A stretch of DNA of 21,445 nucleotides from a virus (lineage: Duplodnaviria > Heunggongvirae > Uroviricota > Caudoviricetes): the IMG/VR virus record IMGVR_UViG_2698536428_000013, positions 1-21,445 of that record; one strand, 5' to 3'. Position 1 is the first letter of the stretch; each line of letters begins with the position of its first letter. The notes beneath the pieces are model-generated. The model saw only the letters and a program-made list of their open reading frames with translations. It did not search any database and was not told the DNA's origin. Shown here piece after piece: positions 8,495-16,947 of this stretch. The translations under genes were made by a program, and so were the position numbers.

Positions 8495-9429
8495 AAATCC
8501 ACCCCGTAAATCCAGTCAGTGTTTGTCAGGTCGAGTTTTGGTTTTCCAGCTGTCACGCCAGCCTGTTGCTTGTTACGGTTGATTTCGAGTTGGGTCCACT
8601 TGTCGCGGAGTTTGGCCGGACTTAGCACGTTACCGGACCAGAAGTTGTCCTGGCATGCCCAGCGGAACAGCACGCACATGTCGCGGTGGTTACGTCCGTC
8701 ACGTTCACGCATCAGGCGGATATCGTTAGCCCACCCTGCAAAATTCGGTTTTCTGGCTGATGGTGCGATGGTCTTCACCATGTCAAACATCCACTCTGCG
8801 GCGGTCAGGTCTTCTGCTGTTCCCCACTTGCTGCCGCTCTGAATTGCAGCATCCGGTTTAACCACAGAAAGATCGTTTTCTGGCTGGTCAGAGGATTCGC
8901 CAGAATTCTCGGACGAATAATCTTTTCTTTTTTCTTTTGTAATAGTGTCTTTTGTGTCCCCCTGTTTTGAGGGATAGCAATCCCCTAATTTGAGGGATGT
9001 TTTATCACTCGTTTTAGGGGATTTTCCCTCGTTTTGAGGGATGTCCCTCATTTTAGGGGAACCTCCCTCGTTTTGAGGGATGCACCATTCTGAGGTGTTT
9101 TTATTTGGTCCAAACATGCCGCCTTGCTGCTTGATAATATTCATTCTGACGAGTTCTAACTTGGCTTCATTGCACCGTTTGACGGGTAACTTTGTAATCT
9201 CGCTAAGTTGAGAATCGGTGATTCTGTCCATTGGTTTATTCCACCCATAGGTTTTACGCAGAATGGCAAGCAGCACTTTAAACTGTCGCTTGGTCAGATC
9301 TGCGCCTGAATAAGCCTCAAGCAGCATATTTGATAGTCTGGCGTAACCATCATCGAGATCTGCCACATTACGCTCCTGTTCGGCAAAGTTACCTCTGCCG
9401 AAGTTGAGTATTTTTGCTGTATTTGTCAT
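8491..9429 (-). CDS. O: Replication initiator O
   Basis: 312-aa product MTNTAKILNFGRGNFA..., near-identical to recalled lambda O. Contains the ori iterons. Confidence 0.9.
   Translation of the reverse strand: MTNTAKILNFGRGNFAEQERNVADLDDGYARLSNMLLEAYSGADLTKRQFKVLLAILRKTYGWNKPMDRITDSQLSEITKLPVKRCNEAKLELVRMNIIKQQGGMFGPNKNTSEWCIPQNEGGSPKMRDIPQNEGKSPKTSDKTSLKLGDCYPSKQGDTKDTITKEKRKDYSSENSGESSDQPENDLSVVKPDAAIQSGSKWGTAEDLTAAEWMFDMVKTIAPSARKPNFAGWANDIRLMRERDGRNHRDMCVLFRWACQDNFWSGNVLSPAKLRDKWTQLEINRNKQQAGVTAGKPKLDLTNTDWIYGVDL
8880..9085. repeat. ori-lambda-type origin: iteron array (TCCCTCAAAACGAGGGA-type inverted-repeat iterons, about 8950-9085) plus adjacent A+T-rich segment (8880-8949)
   Basis: Repeated ccctcgttttgaggga / cccctaatttgaggga / cactcgttttagggga units seen directly. 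An A+T-rich run (tcttttcttttttcttttgtaatagtgtcttttgtg) lies next to it inside the O gene. Confidence 0.8.
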
Positions 9430-9442
9430 AATGACTCCTGTG

Positions 9443-9516
9443 GATTGATCCAGTAATTCCCTCAGAATTGCATATCAATTTGCTTAGAGTCCCCGGCGGC
9501 CACCGGGGATTTTTTC
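9443..9516 (+). ncRNA. oop: oop-like antisense RNA with intrinsic terminator (CCCCGG-loop-CCGGGG plus T6)
   Basis: Hairpin at 9491-9508 followed by TTTTTT at 9511-9516 on the plus strand, antisense to the 3' end of the cII-like gene. Sequence and position resemble lambda oop. Confidence 0.5.
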
Positions 9517-9758
9517 TTTGTGATTCCATCAAGCGCATACTTAAAAGCCCTACTAATCGGACTGATGTCTGATGCCATTCCGAAAGCACACAAGACCGAA
9601 GCAATAAATCTCCAGTCCGTTCTGCTTATCTTCGATTCATGACAGCCAATCATCTTTGCCAGACCGCGCTGGGTAAGCGTTGACAGGTTGATGAGTAAAT
9701 CAGTTTCAGCGCGATCAATTTCTCGCTGTGATAGTTTGCTGTAACTTGTTTGTTCCAT
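9462..9758 (-). CDS. cII: cII-like transcriptional activator (non-lambda allele)
   Basis: 98-aa product. The C-terminal third (GITKKKSPVAAGDSKQIDMQF) is homologous to lambda cII (...ILTNKKRPAATERSEQIQMEF). Position is between cro and O. Confidence 0.65.
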   Translation of the reverse strand: MEQTSYSKLSQREIDRAETDLLINLSTLTQRGLAKMIGCHESKISRTDWRFIASVLCAFGMASDISPISRAFKYALDGITKKKSPVAAGDSKQIDMQF

Positions 9759-9843
9759 TTCTTAAGATTTCCAATAGTGAATAGCTAGTTGAAAGGTATG
9801 CGTGGAAACGCATATGGCCTTAGTTGGTCAGATATATTGGGAC

Positions 9844-9890
9844 TCGCTTTGTCAGCGACGTAGGACGAATGTCCATTGTGAAAAGAGCGG
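9844..9890 (-). promoter_or_regulatory. nutR (boxA-like CGCTCTTTTCACAA plus P22-type boxB UCGCU-GACAA-AGCGA)
   Basis: Read on the minus strand between cro and cII. The boxB stem-loop has a GACAA loop as in P22-type nut sites. Confidence 0.5.
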
Positions 9891-9896
9891 TGTTAC

Positions 9897-10097
9897 TTAT
9901 GCAGTTGTTTTTTTGTTACTTGGGAAGGGCTTTATTTCTTCCGCATAAACGCTTCCATCAGCGTTTATAGTTAAAAAAATCTTTCGGCCTGCATGAATGG
10001 CCTTGTTAATCGCGCTTTGATATACGCCGAGATCTTTAGCCGTCTTGGTTTGCCCAAAGCGTATTGCATAATCTTTCAGGGTTATGCGTTGTTCCAT
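9897..10097 (-). CDS. cro: Cro repressor
   Basis: 66-aa product [66 protein letters not shown], lambda Cro with 2 substitutions. SD AAGGAGG upstream. Confidence 0.95.
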   Translation of the reverse strand: MEQRITLKDYAIRFGQTKTAKDLGVYQSAINKAIHAGRKIFLTINADGSVYAEEIKPFPSNKKTTA

Positions 10098-10121
10098 ACA
10101 ACCTCCTTAGTACAGGTAATC

Positions 10122-10192
10122 ATTATCACCGCTAGAGGTATAATAGTCAACACGCACGGTGTTAGATATTTATCCCTTGCGGTGATAGATTT
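10122..10192. promoter_or_regulatory. Right operator OR1-OR2-OR3 with divergent PR (minus) and PRM (plus)
   Basis: Operators are tatcaccgctagaggta (10124-10140), caacacgcacggtgtta (10148-10164) and tatcccttgcggtgata (10171-10187). PR has -35 TTGACT and -10 GATAAT on the minus strand. PRM -10 TAGATT lies just before the leaderless cI ATG at 10198. Confidence 0.85.
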
Positions 10193-10194
10193 AA

Positions 10195-10911
<717 letters not shown>

Positions 10912-10981
10912 TGAAGGGCTAAATGTCTCCTAATAAAAACAGCAATCATTTGAAATTATTAATAATTATAGAGGCTTAGTC

Positions 10982-11980
10982 TTGGAAATCAGCACGGCGG
11001 TTATTCATTCCGAAGAAGATGCTTTGCGTTTTGTTGAGATGTACATCGCTGGGCAAGATCTTCCTGATGGAATATCATTTGAAGGGTGGCCTAACTTAAC
11101 CTTCCGTCTTACTGGTGACAAATTTCATGGCAGTTTGACTCCTTCTGTCATGAAGGGTTTTGTTGAAATGCAGGCCCAAATAAACCGAGCTTATGCATTG
11201 TTAAAGTACGGAGTTCCTGACCCAAGAAAGCTTTCAAAAGAAGAGAAGGAAGCTATCGAAATTCAGGTGAATGTTGAGAATGGCTCGTCCTTGATAGAAG
11301 TTAATATGGATGGGTTCATGGGTGAGGTTATACAAACTGCGGTGAGTAAAGTGGGCCCTCAAGAGATCGTTATTACAGTTTTAGGGGTCGCTCTTATATG
11401 GGGCGGCGTCGTCCTATTCAAAAAATATCTAGAAGACCGCAAAGAGATTCGCATGGCAGAAGTAAAAAGCGAGTCTGAGCGTGAACACCTTGCGACCATG
11501 CGCTTCATGTCTGAGCAGGAAACAAAACGAAGTGAATTATTGACTCAGATTATTAGCGAAAAACCCAAGCTAGACAACATGGAAAGACTTGCTCATGACG
11601 CAAAAACCGACATAGTTAAATCATTTGTCAAGGCTGATACAGCTCAGATTGATGGCGTTGTATTGGATGCAGATCTATCCAAAACCCTCACTACAAATGC
11701 AAGGCGGAAATCAATGGAGATCCGCCTTGATGGAAATTATCGCATTGAAAAGGTTGACTCCACTGATCCAGAGAGCTTCAAAGTGCAAGTGAGAAATGTT
11801 GACTCCGATCTAAGAATATCGTGCATAGTACAAGATGTTTTTCTCGACGCATCCGAGCATAAAAAAGCTCTTCAGCAAGCTGAGTGGGATAGAAAACCAG
11901 TTCATTTGTCAATCAACGCAAAAGAACTAGATGGTGAAATAAAGTCCGCGATAATACTTTATGTCAAAGAGATAACATAA
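10982..11980 (+). CDS. Unknown single-pass membrane protein in the rexAB position (candidate exclusion or defense gene), 332 aa from the TTG start
   Basis: ORF 70 nt downstream of cI on the same strand. TTG start has SD AGAGG at 7-nt spacing; the alternative ATG is at 11039. One predicted TM helix (EIVITVLGVALIWGGVVLFKKYL), then a charged, probably coiled-coil segment. Followed by the t_imm-like terminator. No resemblance to RexA or RexB. Confidence 0.6.
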   Translation: MEISTAVIHSEEDALRFVEMYIAGQDLPDGISFEGWPNLTFRLTGDKFHGSLTPSVMKGFVEMQAQINRAYALLKYGVPDPRKLSKEEKEAIEIQVNVENGSSLIEVNMDGFMGEVIQTAVSKVGPQEIVITVLGVALIWGGVVLFKKYLEDRKEIRMAEVKSESEREHLATMRFMSEQETKRSELLTQIISEKPKLDNMERLAHDAKTDIVKSFVKADTAQIDGVVLDADLSKTLTTNARRKSMEIRLDGNYRIEKVDSTDPESFKVQVRNVDSDLRISCIVQDVFLDASEHKKALQQAEWDRKPVHLSINAKELDGEIKSAIILYVKEIT

Positions 11981-11987
11981 TCCTCAT

Positions 11988-12013
11988 CCCGGCCTCAGCG
12001 CCGGGTTTTCTTT
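11988..12013 (+). terminator. t_imm-like intrinsic terminator ending the cI operon
   Basis: CCCGGC-CTCAGC-GCCGGG hairpin followed by TTTTCTTT. Confidence 0.6.
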
Positions 12014-12162
12014 GCCTCACGATCGCCCCACCTAAAAACACATAACCAATTGTATTTGTTGAAAAATAAATAGATACAACTCACTAAACATCGCAATTCT
12101 GATCTCTCGCCCTCCAAAGCAATACCCCAATTCAAAAAATAAATTCATATAAAAAACATACA

Positions 12163-12235
12163 GATAACCATCTGCGGTGATGAGTTATCTCTAGCGGTGT
12201 TGACACAAATACCACTAGCGGTGATACTAAACACA
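12163..12235 (+). promoter_or_regulatory. Left operator OL3-OL2-OL1 with PL promoter (rightward in this window)
   Basis: -35 TTGACA at 12200-12205 and -10 GATACT at 12223-12228. Operators are taccactagcggtgata, tatctctagcggtgttg and aaccatctgcggtgatg. Near-identical to recalled lambda PL/OL. Confidence 0.8.
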
Positions 12236-12296
12236 TCAGCAGGACGCACTACTCACCAGGGCGGTGAATATACAACGATTCGAATATGAATCTACG

Positions 12297-12311
12297 GCGC
12301 TGACAAAGCGC
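12297..12311 (+). promoter_or_regulatory. nutL boxB (P22-type GCGCU-GACAA-AGCGC)
   Basis: Perfect 5-bp stem with GACAA loop about 60 nt downstream of the PL start. No clear boxA was found upstream. Confidence 0.5.
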
Positions 12312-12440
12312 AATAACCAAAGTGAACTTTGGGGTGAATGCAGAAGCTAACCTTCTCGGCGGAGGCGCTTTGCAATGATTACGCGACCGGAGTTAGTCGC
12401 CCGGCTGTATTCACCGCCAAAGTTCATCAGGAGGTTCCAT

Positions 12441-12824
12441 ATGACACGCAGAACTCAGTTCAAAGGCAATTCACGTTCTCGTCGTCGTGAGCGTTTAAAG
12501 GCAAAGGCATTAGCTAACGGCGTGCTGGCCCGCGAAGAAGCAATAAGTTCAGAAGTATTACACCGCCCTACTCTAAGCAGAGCGCAGATTCAGGCTAAAG
12601 GTACTCACGAAACGCCTGAGCGCATAGAAGACGCTAAGCCAATTAAGTTCATGGCACAGGACGTGATCTGGCAACAGAAAGAATACAGACGCAATCTGGA
12701 GCGAGCGGCCATTGTGTACGCGAATGAGTTTGGACATAAGCAACCAGAAACTGGTGTATGTCTTCCAAACGTAGCCATTTACGCGGCAGGCTACCGGAAA
12801 TCCAAACAACTGACGGCAAGGTGA
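12441..12824 (+). CDS. N: N-family antiterminator (P22 gp24-like), 127 aa
   Basis: Start at ATG 12441 with SD AGGAGG at 6-nt spacing. Arginine-rich N-terminus (MTRRTQFKGNSRSRRRERLKAKA). C-terminus AIYAAGYRKSKQLTAR resembles recalled P22 gp24 (..ALYAAGHRKSKQITAR). Confidence 0.7.
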   Translation: MTRRTQFKGNSRSRRRERLKAKALANGVLAREEAISSEVLHRPTLSRAQIQAKGTHETPERIEDAKPIKFMAQDVIWQQKEYRRNLERAAIVYANEFGHKQPETGVCLPNVAIYAAGYRKSKQLTAR

Positions 12825-12885
12825 CTTGTGTTGGTCGCCAGAAAATGAAATTAGGCAGCAAACCACTTATTTGAGAGGAATTAAT

Positions 12886-13509
12886 ATGTCATCAATCCGC
12901 TTAACTACGAGAATGAAAGAGGAAATCGCTCGTAACGCTTTAATTAAGTCCGGGGTGTTCACTGAACTTGAAGAAGTAACAAAGTTAAAGAACCAGCTTG
13001 CACTTGACGCCAGAGTTATTGCGTTTGGCGGTAAAAAGAAAACTGAGGAAGTGGATCAGTTATCATCCAAGTTGGTAGCTATAAGTGAAGAACTTGGAAA
13101 GATGGGATGTTCATTTTACTCATACGATGTTAGTTCTACTTCAATTTATCTGACTGTATCTGGCAGAAGGGTTGGATGGCATTCATATGGGAAAGACGGC
13201 AACGGCAAAGATATATTGCTCCCTACTCCGATCAAAGATAAATGCATGTTTGACGCAGAACACGAAATAACAAAAAGGTTTGATGAAATCTGCGCATTGC
13301 AACAAAAACTTGAAGCCAAGAAAAAGGATATCGAATCAAATGTATGGGCTGCTTTGAAATCAGTCACAACAGTTAAGCGACTTATTGAAGTTTGGCCTGA
13401 AAGCAAAGAATTGCTACCAAAAGAAGCAGATAAAGCAAGTACAGCACTTCCTGCTTTACGGGTAGAAGATTTGAATAAGATGATTGGACTTCCTTCCGAG
13501 GCCGCATAA
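12886..13509 (+). CDS. Hypothetical early-left protein, 207 aa, in the ral/sieB/ea10 position
   Basis: SD GAGAGG 6-7 nt upstream of ATG 12886. No recognisable motif; charged, probably helical. Confidence 0.55.
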   Translation: MSSIRLTTRMKEEIARNALIKSGVFTELEEVTKLKNQLALDARVIAFGGKKKTEEVDQLSSKLVAISEELGKMGCSFYSYDVSSTSIYLTVSGRRVGWHSYGKDGNGKDILLPTPIKDKCMFDAEHEITKRFDEICALQQKLEAKKKDIESNVWAALKSVTTVKRLIEVWPESKELLPKEADKASTALPALRVEDLNKMIGLPSEAA

Positions 13510-13643
13510 TCGGCCTTTATTTTTGGCATAAACAACAGAATAAACACTGCACTGTGTATTCATTCCAACGAGTGAATACACGGAGCAATGTCGCTCGTAA
13601 CTAAACAGGAGCCGACTTGTTCTGATTATTGGAAATCTTCTTT

Positions 13644-13668
13644 GCCCTCCAATGTGAGGGCTTTTTTA
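13644..13668 (+). terminator. tL-type intrinsic terminator (GCCCTC-CAATGT-GAGGGC plus T6)
   Basis: Perfect 6-bp stem followed by TTTTTTAT, between the 207-aa gene and cIII. Confidence 0.6.
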
Positions 13669-13733
13669 TATGCATACCAATAACGCTTCACTAGAGGCGT
13701 TTTCGTTATGTGTAAATAAATAAGGAGCACACC

Positions 13734-13874
13734 ATGCAATATGCCATTGCAGGGTGGCCTGTTGCTGGCTGCCCTTCCGAATCTTTACTTGAACGAATCA
13801 CCCGTAAATTACGTGACGGATGGAAACGCCTTATCGACATACTTAATCAGCCAGGAGTTCCCAAAAATGGATAA
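13734..13874 (+). CDS. cIII: cIII (FtsH/HflB inhibitor), 46 aa
   Basis: MQYAIAGWPVAGCPSESLLERITRKLRDGWKRLIDILNQPGVPKNG matches recalled lambda cIII, shorter at the C-terminus. SD AAGGAG upstream. Confidence 0.85.
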   Translation: MQYAIAGWPVAGCPSESLLERITRKLRDGWKRLIDILNQPGVPKNG

Positions 13875-13980
13875 AACACTTATGGCTATCCAGACTAAAT
13901 TCACTATCGCCACTTTTATTGGTGATGAAAAGATGTTTCGTGAGGCCGTCGAAGCCTACAGGAAATGGAGGTCAAAATGA
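13867..13980 (+). CDS. kil: Kil (host division inhibitor), 37 aa
   Basis: MDKTLMAIQTKFTIATFIGDEKMFREAVEAYRKW matches the recalled lambda Kil N-terminus. Overlaps the cIII 3' end as in lambda. Confidence 0.7.
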   Translation: MDKTLMAIQTKFTIATFIGDEKMFREAVEAYRKWRSK

Positions 13981-14165
13981 TTCCGGTAGAACTGGCGAAA
14001 ACTCCAGAGTTAAGTCGATTAAAAAGAGAATATCACATTGCTGAGGCTCGTTACTGGCGTAAAGCGGGAGATAAATCAAAGAAACAACTTTGCTTATGGC
14101 AGGCGCAAAGAGAGCGCATGAATGAGCGCGAGTTTCTTTCCTCCTCATCCGAATTACCATTCTGA
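13977..14165 (+). CDS. Hypothetical small protein, 62 aa
   Basis: ATGA overlap with the kil stop. SD GGAGG 5 nt upstream. Lies where gam would be in lambda but bears no resemblance to Gam. Confidence 0.45.
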   Translation: MIPVELAKTPELSRLKREYHIAEARYWRKAGDKSKKQLCLWQAQRERMNEREFLSSSSELPF

Positions 14166-14173
14166 GGTGAATT

Positions 14174-14854
14174 ATGGGAACTGCAACATTAATACTCGGT
14201 GAATCTGGCACCGGAAAATCAACCAGCATGAGAAATATCAATCCAGAGGAAGCAATACTTATAAAACCAATAGGCAAGCCGCTACCATTTAAATCAAAAG
14301 AATGGCTGGCATGGGATGCCAGAGCAAAAAAAGGAACCGTAGTTACCACTGACAAATGGGACGTAATAGTTGCCGTAATTAAGCGTGCTCACGAATACGG
14401 GAAAAGAATCGTTATTGTTGATGACTTCCAGTATGTGATGAGCAATGAGTTTATGCGCCGCTCAGAAGAAAAATCGTTTGATAAATTCACTGAGATAGGC
14501 CGCCACGCATGGGAGGTGATTAAGGCTGCACAGGATGCACCTGATGACCTGAGAGTCTATTTTCTTGCACACACCGAAGAAACCCCTATGGGGCGTGTGA
14601 AAATGAAAACTATCGGCAAAATGCTGGACGAGAAAATCACTGTCGAAGGCATGTTTACTATAGTTCTTCGCACCCTTACCCGTGATGACCAGTTCTTTTT
14701 CACTACAAAAAACAACGGTGCAGACACTGTTAAATCCCCAATGGGAATGTTTGATTCCAATGAGATTGATAACGATCTCTCTTTCGTCGATGCCACTGTT
14801 TGTGATTACTACGGCATCAATAATGTTCATCAAATTAAGGAAAACGCCGCATGA
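14174..14854 (+). CDS. Sak4-like RecA-core ATPase (AAA_24-type phage recombination protein), 226 aa
   Basis: Walker A GESGTGKST and Walker B RIVIVDDFQ. SD GAGGTGA upstream. Occupies the recombination-module position in place of Red. Confidence 0.6.
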   Translation: MGTATLILGESGTGKSTSMRNINPEEAILIKPIGKPLPFKSKEWLAWDARAKKGTVVTTDKWDVIVAVIKRAHEYGKRIVIVDDFQYVMSNEFMRRSEEKSFDKFTEIGRHAWEVIKAAQDAPDDLRVYFLAHTEETPMGRVKMKTIGKMLDEKITVEGMFTIVLRTLTRDDQFFFTTKNNGADTVKSPMGMFDSNEIDNDLSFVDATVCDYYGINNVHQIKENAA

Positions 14855-15438
14855 GCAACGTGATTTTTACTTATAACGAAGAAGCAGCACTGACCGCAGG
14901 GCAAGGTGGTTTTATTAACGAAACTGGCGCTCATATCATTACCATTACTGAAGCAGAACTAAAGCAATCAGAAAAAGGAGCCAAATTTATTGAGTTTTCT
15001 GGCGAATCCGACGACGGACGTAAAATCCAGTATCTTAGCGTTTGTGTTCAGAAAAATGACGGAACGGAAAACAAGTTTGGTGCAAATGTCGTTCATGCCA
15101 TGATGGGGTGTGTTGGGATTAAGCAGTTAACGCAACATATGGTTTCCGCCAGTAAATTTGTTGCACCTGAATTTCATGGAAAGAAAATCGGGTTAGTGCT
15201 CCAGAAAGTATTAACCACAAACAAAAGGACTGGTGCAGACAGCTATCAGATGGAAATACGCATCCCGTTTATTGCACAAACAGGTCAAACCCTTAAAGAA
15301 AAGGCAGAAGGCAAGCAACCAGAAACTATCACCAACATGGTTGCCCATCTCAAAGATAAAGACAATCGCTCTAAAAACGTAAGCCAGAATCATGCAGATG
15401 ATTATGGTTACAGCCAGAACGATTACCCTTCTTTCTGA
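14851..15438 (+). CDS. Hypothetical protein, possible Sak4-associated ssDNA-binding partner, 195 aa
   Basis: ATGA overlap with the Sak4-like gene. Functional guess is from synteny only. Confidence 0.45.
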   Translation: MSNVIFTYNEEAALTAGQGGFINETGAHIITITEAELKQSEKGAKFIEFSGESDDGRKIQYLSVCVQKNDGTENKFGANVVHAMMGCVGIKQLTQHMVSASKFVAPEFHGKKIGLVLQKVLTTNKRTGADSYQMEIRIPFIAQTGQTLKEKAEGKQPETITNMVAHLKDKDNRSKNVSQNHADDYGYSQNDYPSF

Positions 15439-15461
15439 TTACTGAAAATAAGGCTCCCATT

Positions 15462-15758
15462 ATGCCAGCGCCTCTGTATGGTGCGGATGACCCGCGCAAC
15501 TGCTCCGGTAGCTCCAAGGCGGAGGTGCTGGAAAATATCAAAAACAATTTCGACGCGTTTCTTGCTCTGACACCAGAAACAAAAGCAGAACGGATGTACC
15601 GACGCGATATACAACTCGCAGAAAAACAGGAAAAAGACCGAATAAACGAAACATCAATCCGACCATTCCGCAAAGCCACATATACCAACTTCCCTGAATA
15701 TATCGACCCGCGCCTGCGTAATTACCGCTCACGCTATGGCGCTATCAGTAATGACTGA
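15462..15758 (+). CDS. Hypothetical protein, 98 aa
   Basis: ORF in the PL operon with a weak SD. No recognisable motif. Confidence 0.4.
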   Translation: MPAPLYGADDPRNCSGSSKAEVLENIKNNFDAFLALTPETKAERMYRRDIQLAEKQEKDRINETSIRPFRKATYTNFPEYIDPRLRNYRSRYGAISND

Positions 15759-15768
15759 GGAATTAACA

Positions 15769-16059
15769 ATGAAAACAATGAAGCTAAACATCGACCTCGG
15801 AAAATACGTTATTACCGGAACCAAACACGATCTGATTCTTAGCGAAAGAGGAATTATCAAAGAAGGTGAGAATGCAGGGAAAGAAACACTAAGTCGTATC
15901 GGTTATTACAGCAAGTTTGAGCATCTGGTCAAAGAGTTATGCAACCGTGAAATCCTGTTATCTCAGGCGCAGACGCTACAGGATATTCAGCAGCATATCA
16001 AGACTTTAGGTGTATCACTTAGCATGGCTATTGACCAGTTCGTGGAGAGTAAATCATGA
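15769..16059 (+). CDS. Hypothetical protein, 96 aa (start at MKTMKLNID)
   Basis: SD GAGGAA 6 nt upstream of ATG 15769. The upstream in-frame extension has no SD. Confidence 0.45.
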   Translation: MKTMKLNIDLGKYVITGTKHDLILSERGIIKEGENAGKETLSRIGYYSKFEHLVKELCNREILLSQAQTLQDIQQHIKTLGVSLSMAIDQFVESKS

Positions 16060-16223
16060 GAGGACTTGCATGCAATCCCGGCATTCTTCCGGCAGAAATG
16101 ATTATTCGCCAACGCGTAAAGCCAATGCCATCGAGAGAGGAATTGCTTAAGAGAAAGAGTTTCGGTTCTGTTAATGACAACAAATATCTGAATGCGATGT
16201 GGCGTAAAGGAGGCAACCAGTGA
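16056..16223 (+). CDS. Hypothetical small protein, 55 aa
   Basis: ATGA overlap with the upstream gene and overlap with the downstream GTG start. Hand-translated; absent from the ORF track. Confidence 0.3.
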   Translation: MRGLACNPGILPAEMIIRQRVKPMPSREELLKRKSFGSVNDNKYLNAMWRKGGNQ

Positions 16224-16771
16224 GCGAGATTAATTATCAGACACTGCGTGAAAAGGCAGAGAAAGCAACTAAAGGAAGCTACATCGTAGGGCATACATCT
16301 GTTAACCAGCACGGCAATTTAACAGGAGTTTTTGTTTGTCAAAAATGGAAAGGAGAACCCGGTGGCGTGATTGCAGAATGTCATGTTAACTGCCTGGTTG
16401 AAACAGATGCTCAGGCTTATGCAAACGCTGAATTCATAGCAGAGGCTAACCCGGCTACCGTGCTGGAACTGCTGGATGAACGGGAAAGAAACCTGCAATA
16501 CATCAAACGCCGTGACCAGGAGAACGAGGATATTGCACTAACGGTAGGGAAGCTGCGTGTTGAGCTTGAGGCAGAAAAACAGCGGGCAAAGGATCTGTTT
16601 ATGGAAAATGCTCGGCTTAAGTCAGGTATAGCCGGTCTGATACACCTCGGTATTCGATATGCAGATGTTGAGGTCATGAGAATTGCTGGAGATGCCCAGC
16701 TTTCTACCCCATGCACTGACAGCATCATAAACAGCATTGCAACAGGCATTCGCATCAAAGGAGGTGAGTAA
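16220..16771 (+). CDS. Ead/Ea22-like protein, 183 aa
   Basis: GTG start with SD AAGGAGG at 6-nt spacing. N-terminal region ([26 protein letters not shown]...[18 protein letters not shown]) resembles Ea22-like family proteins common in E. coli prophages, from memory. Confidence 0.55.
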   Translation: MSEINYQTLREKAEKATKGSYIVGHTSVNQHGNLTGVFVCQKWKGEPGGVIAECHVNCLVETDAQAYANAEFIAEANPATVLELLDERERNLQYIKRRDQENEDIALTVGKLRVELEAEKQRAKDLFMENARLKSGIAGLIHLGIRYADVEVMRIAGDAQLSTPCTDSIINSIATGIRIKGGE

Positions 16772-16947
16772 TGCGTGTGGCATGTATCGGCTTGTTACCG
16801 TACCCGACTCGTTTTTGGGCTTCTGCGCTAATTGCAAAGCCACATGTCCTGATGGCTGACAACATCATCCCGGCACCAAAGCGCCGCCATACCGGTATTG
16901 CAGCGGCACGACGAGCAGCAAAGAGACGCAGGAGAGCAAAGCGATGA
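16771..16947 (+). CDS. Hypothetical small basic protein, 58 aa
   Basis: TAATG overlap with the Ea22-like stop. Arg/Lys-rich C-terminus. Hand-translated. Confidence 0.3.
   Translation: MRVACIGLLPYPTRFWASALIAKPHVLMADNIIPAPKRRHTGIAAARRAAKRRRRAKR

Noticed and set aside
8256-8842. Plus-strand ORFs of 108 and 107 aa
   Set aside because: Both lie antisense to the near-lambda-identical P and O genes.
8950-9085. Possible CRISPR array (regularly spaced direct repeats)
   Set aside because: The repeats are about 18-bp inverted-repeat iterons inside the O gene with no unique spacers. This is the ori-lambda iteron array.
10912-12160. rexA/rexB exclusion genes downstream of cI
   Set aside because: The single ORF in this position has no resemblance to RexA or to the multi-TM RexB. 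It is reported as an unknown instead.
12375-12440. N-terminal extension of N from the upstream in-frame start (MITRPELVARLYSPPKFIRRFH-)
   Set aside because: The ATG at 12441 has a strong AGGAGG SD at correct spacing and begins the arginine-rich motif. The extension would overlap the nutL region.
12826-12885. N-terminal extension of the 207-aa gene (MCWSPENEIRQQTTYLRGIN-)
   Set aside because: It has no SD, while the ATG at 12886 has GAGAGG at proper spacing.
13741-13866. Upstream extension of the kil ORF (79-aa version)
   Set aside because: It overlaps cIII in another frame. The lambda-like Kil N-terminus begins at the internal ATG (MDKTLMAIQ).
14462-14833. Minus-strand ORFs (123 and 79 aa) inside the Sak4-like gene
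   Set aside because: They are antisense to a gene with clear Walker motifs and translational coupling, and have no SD.
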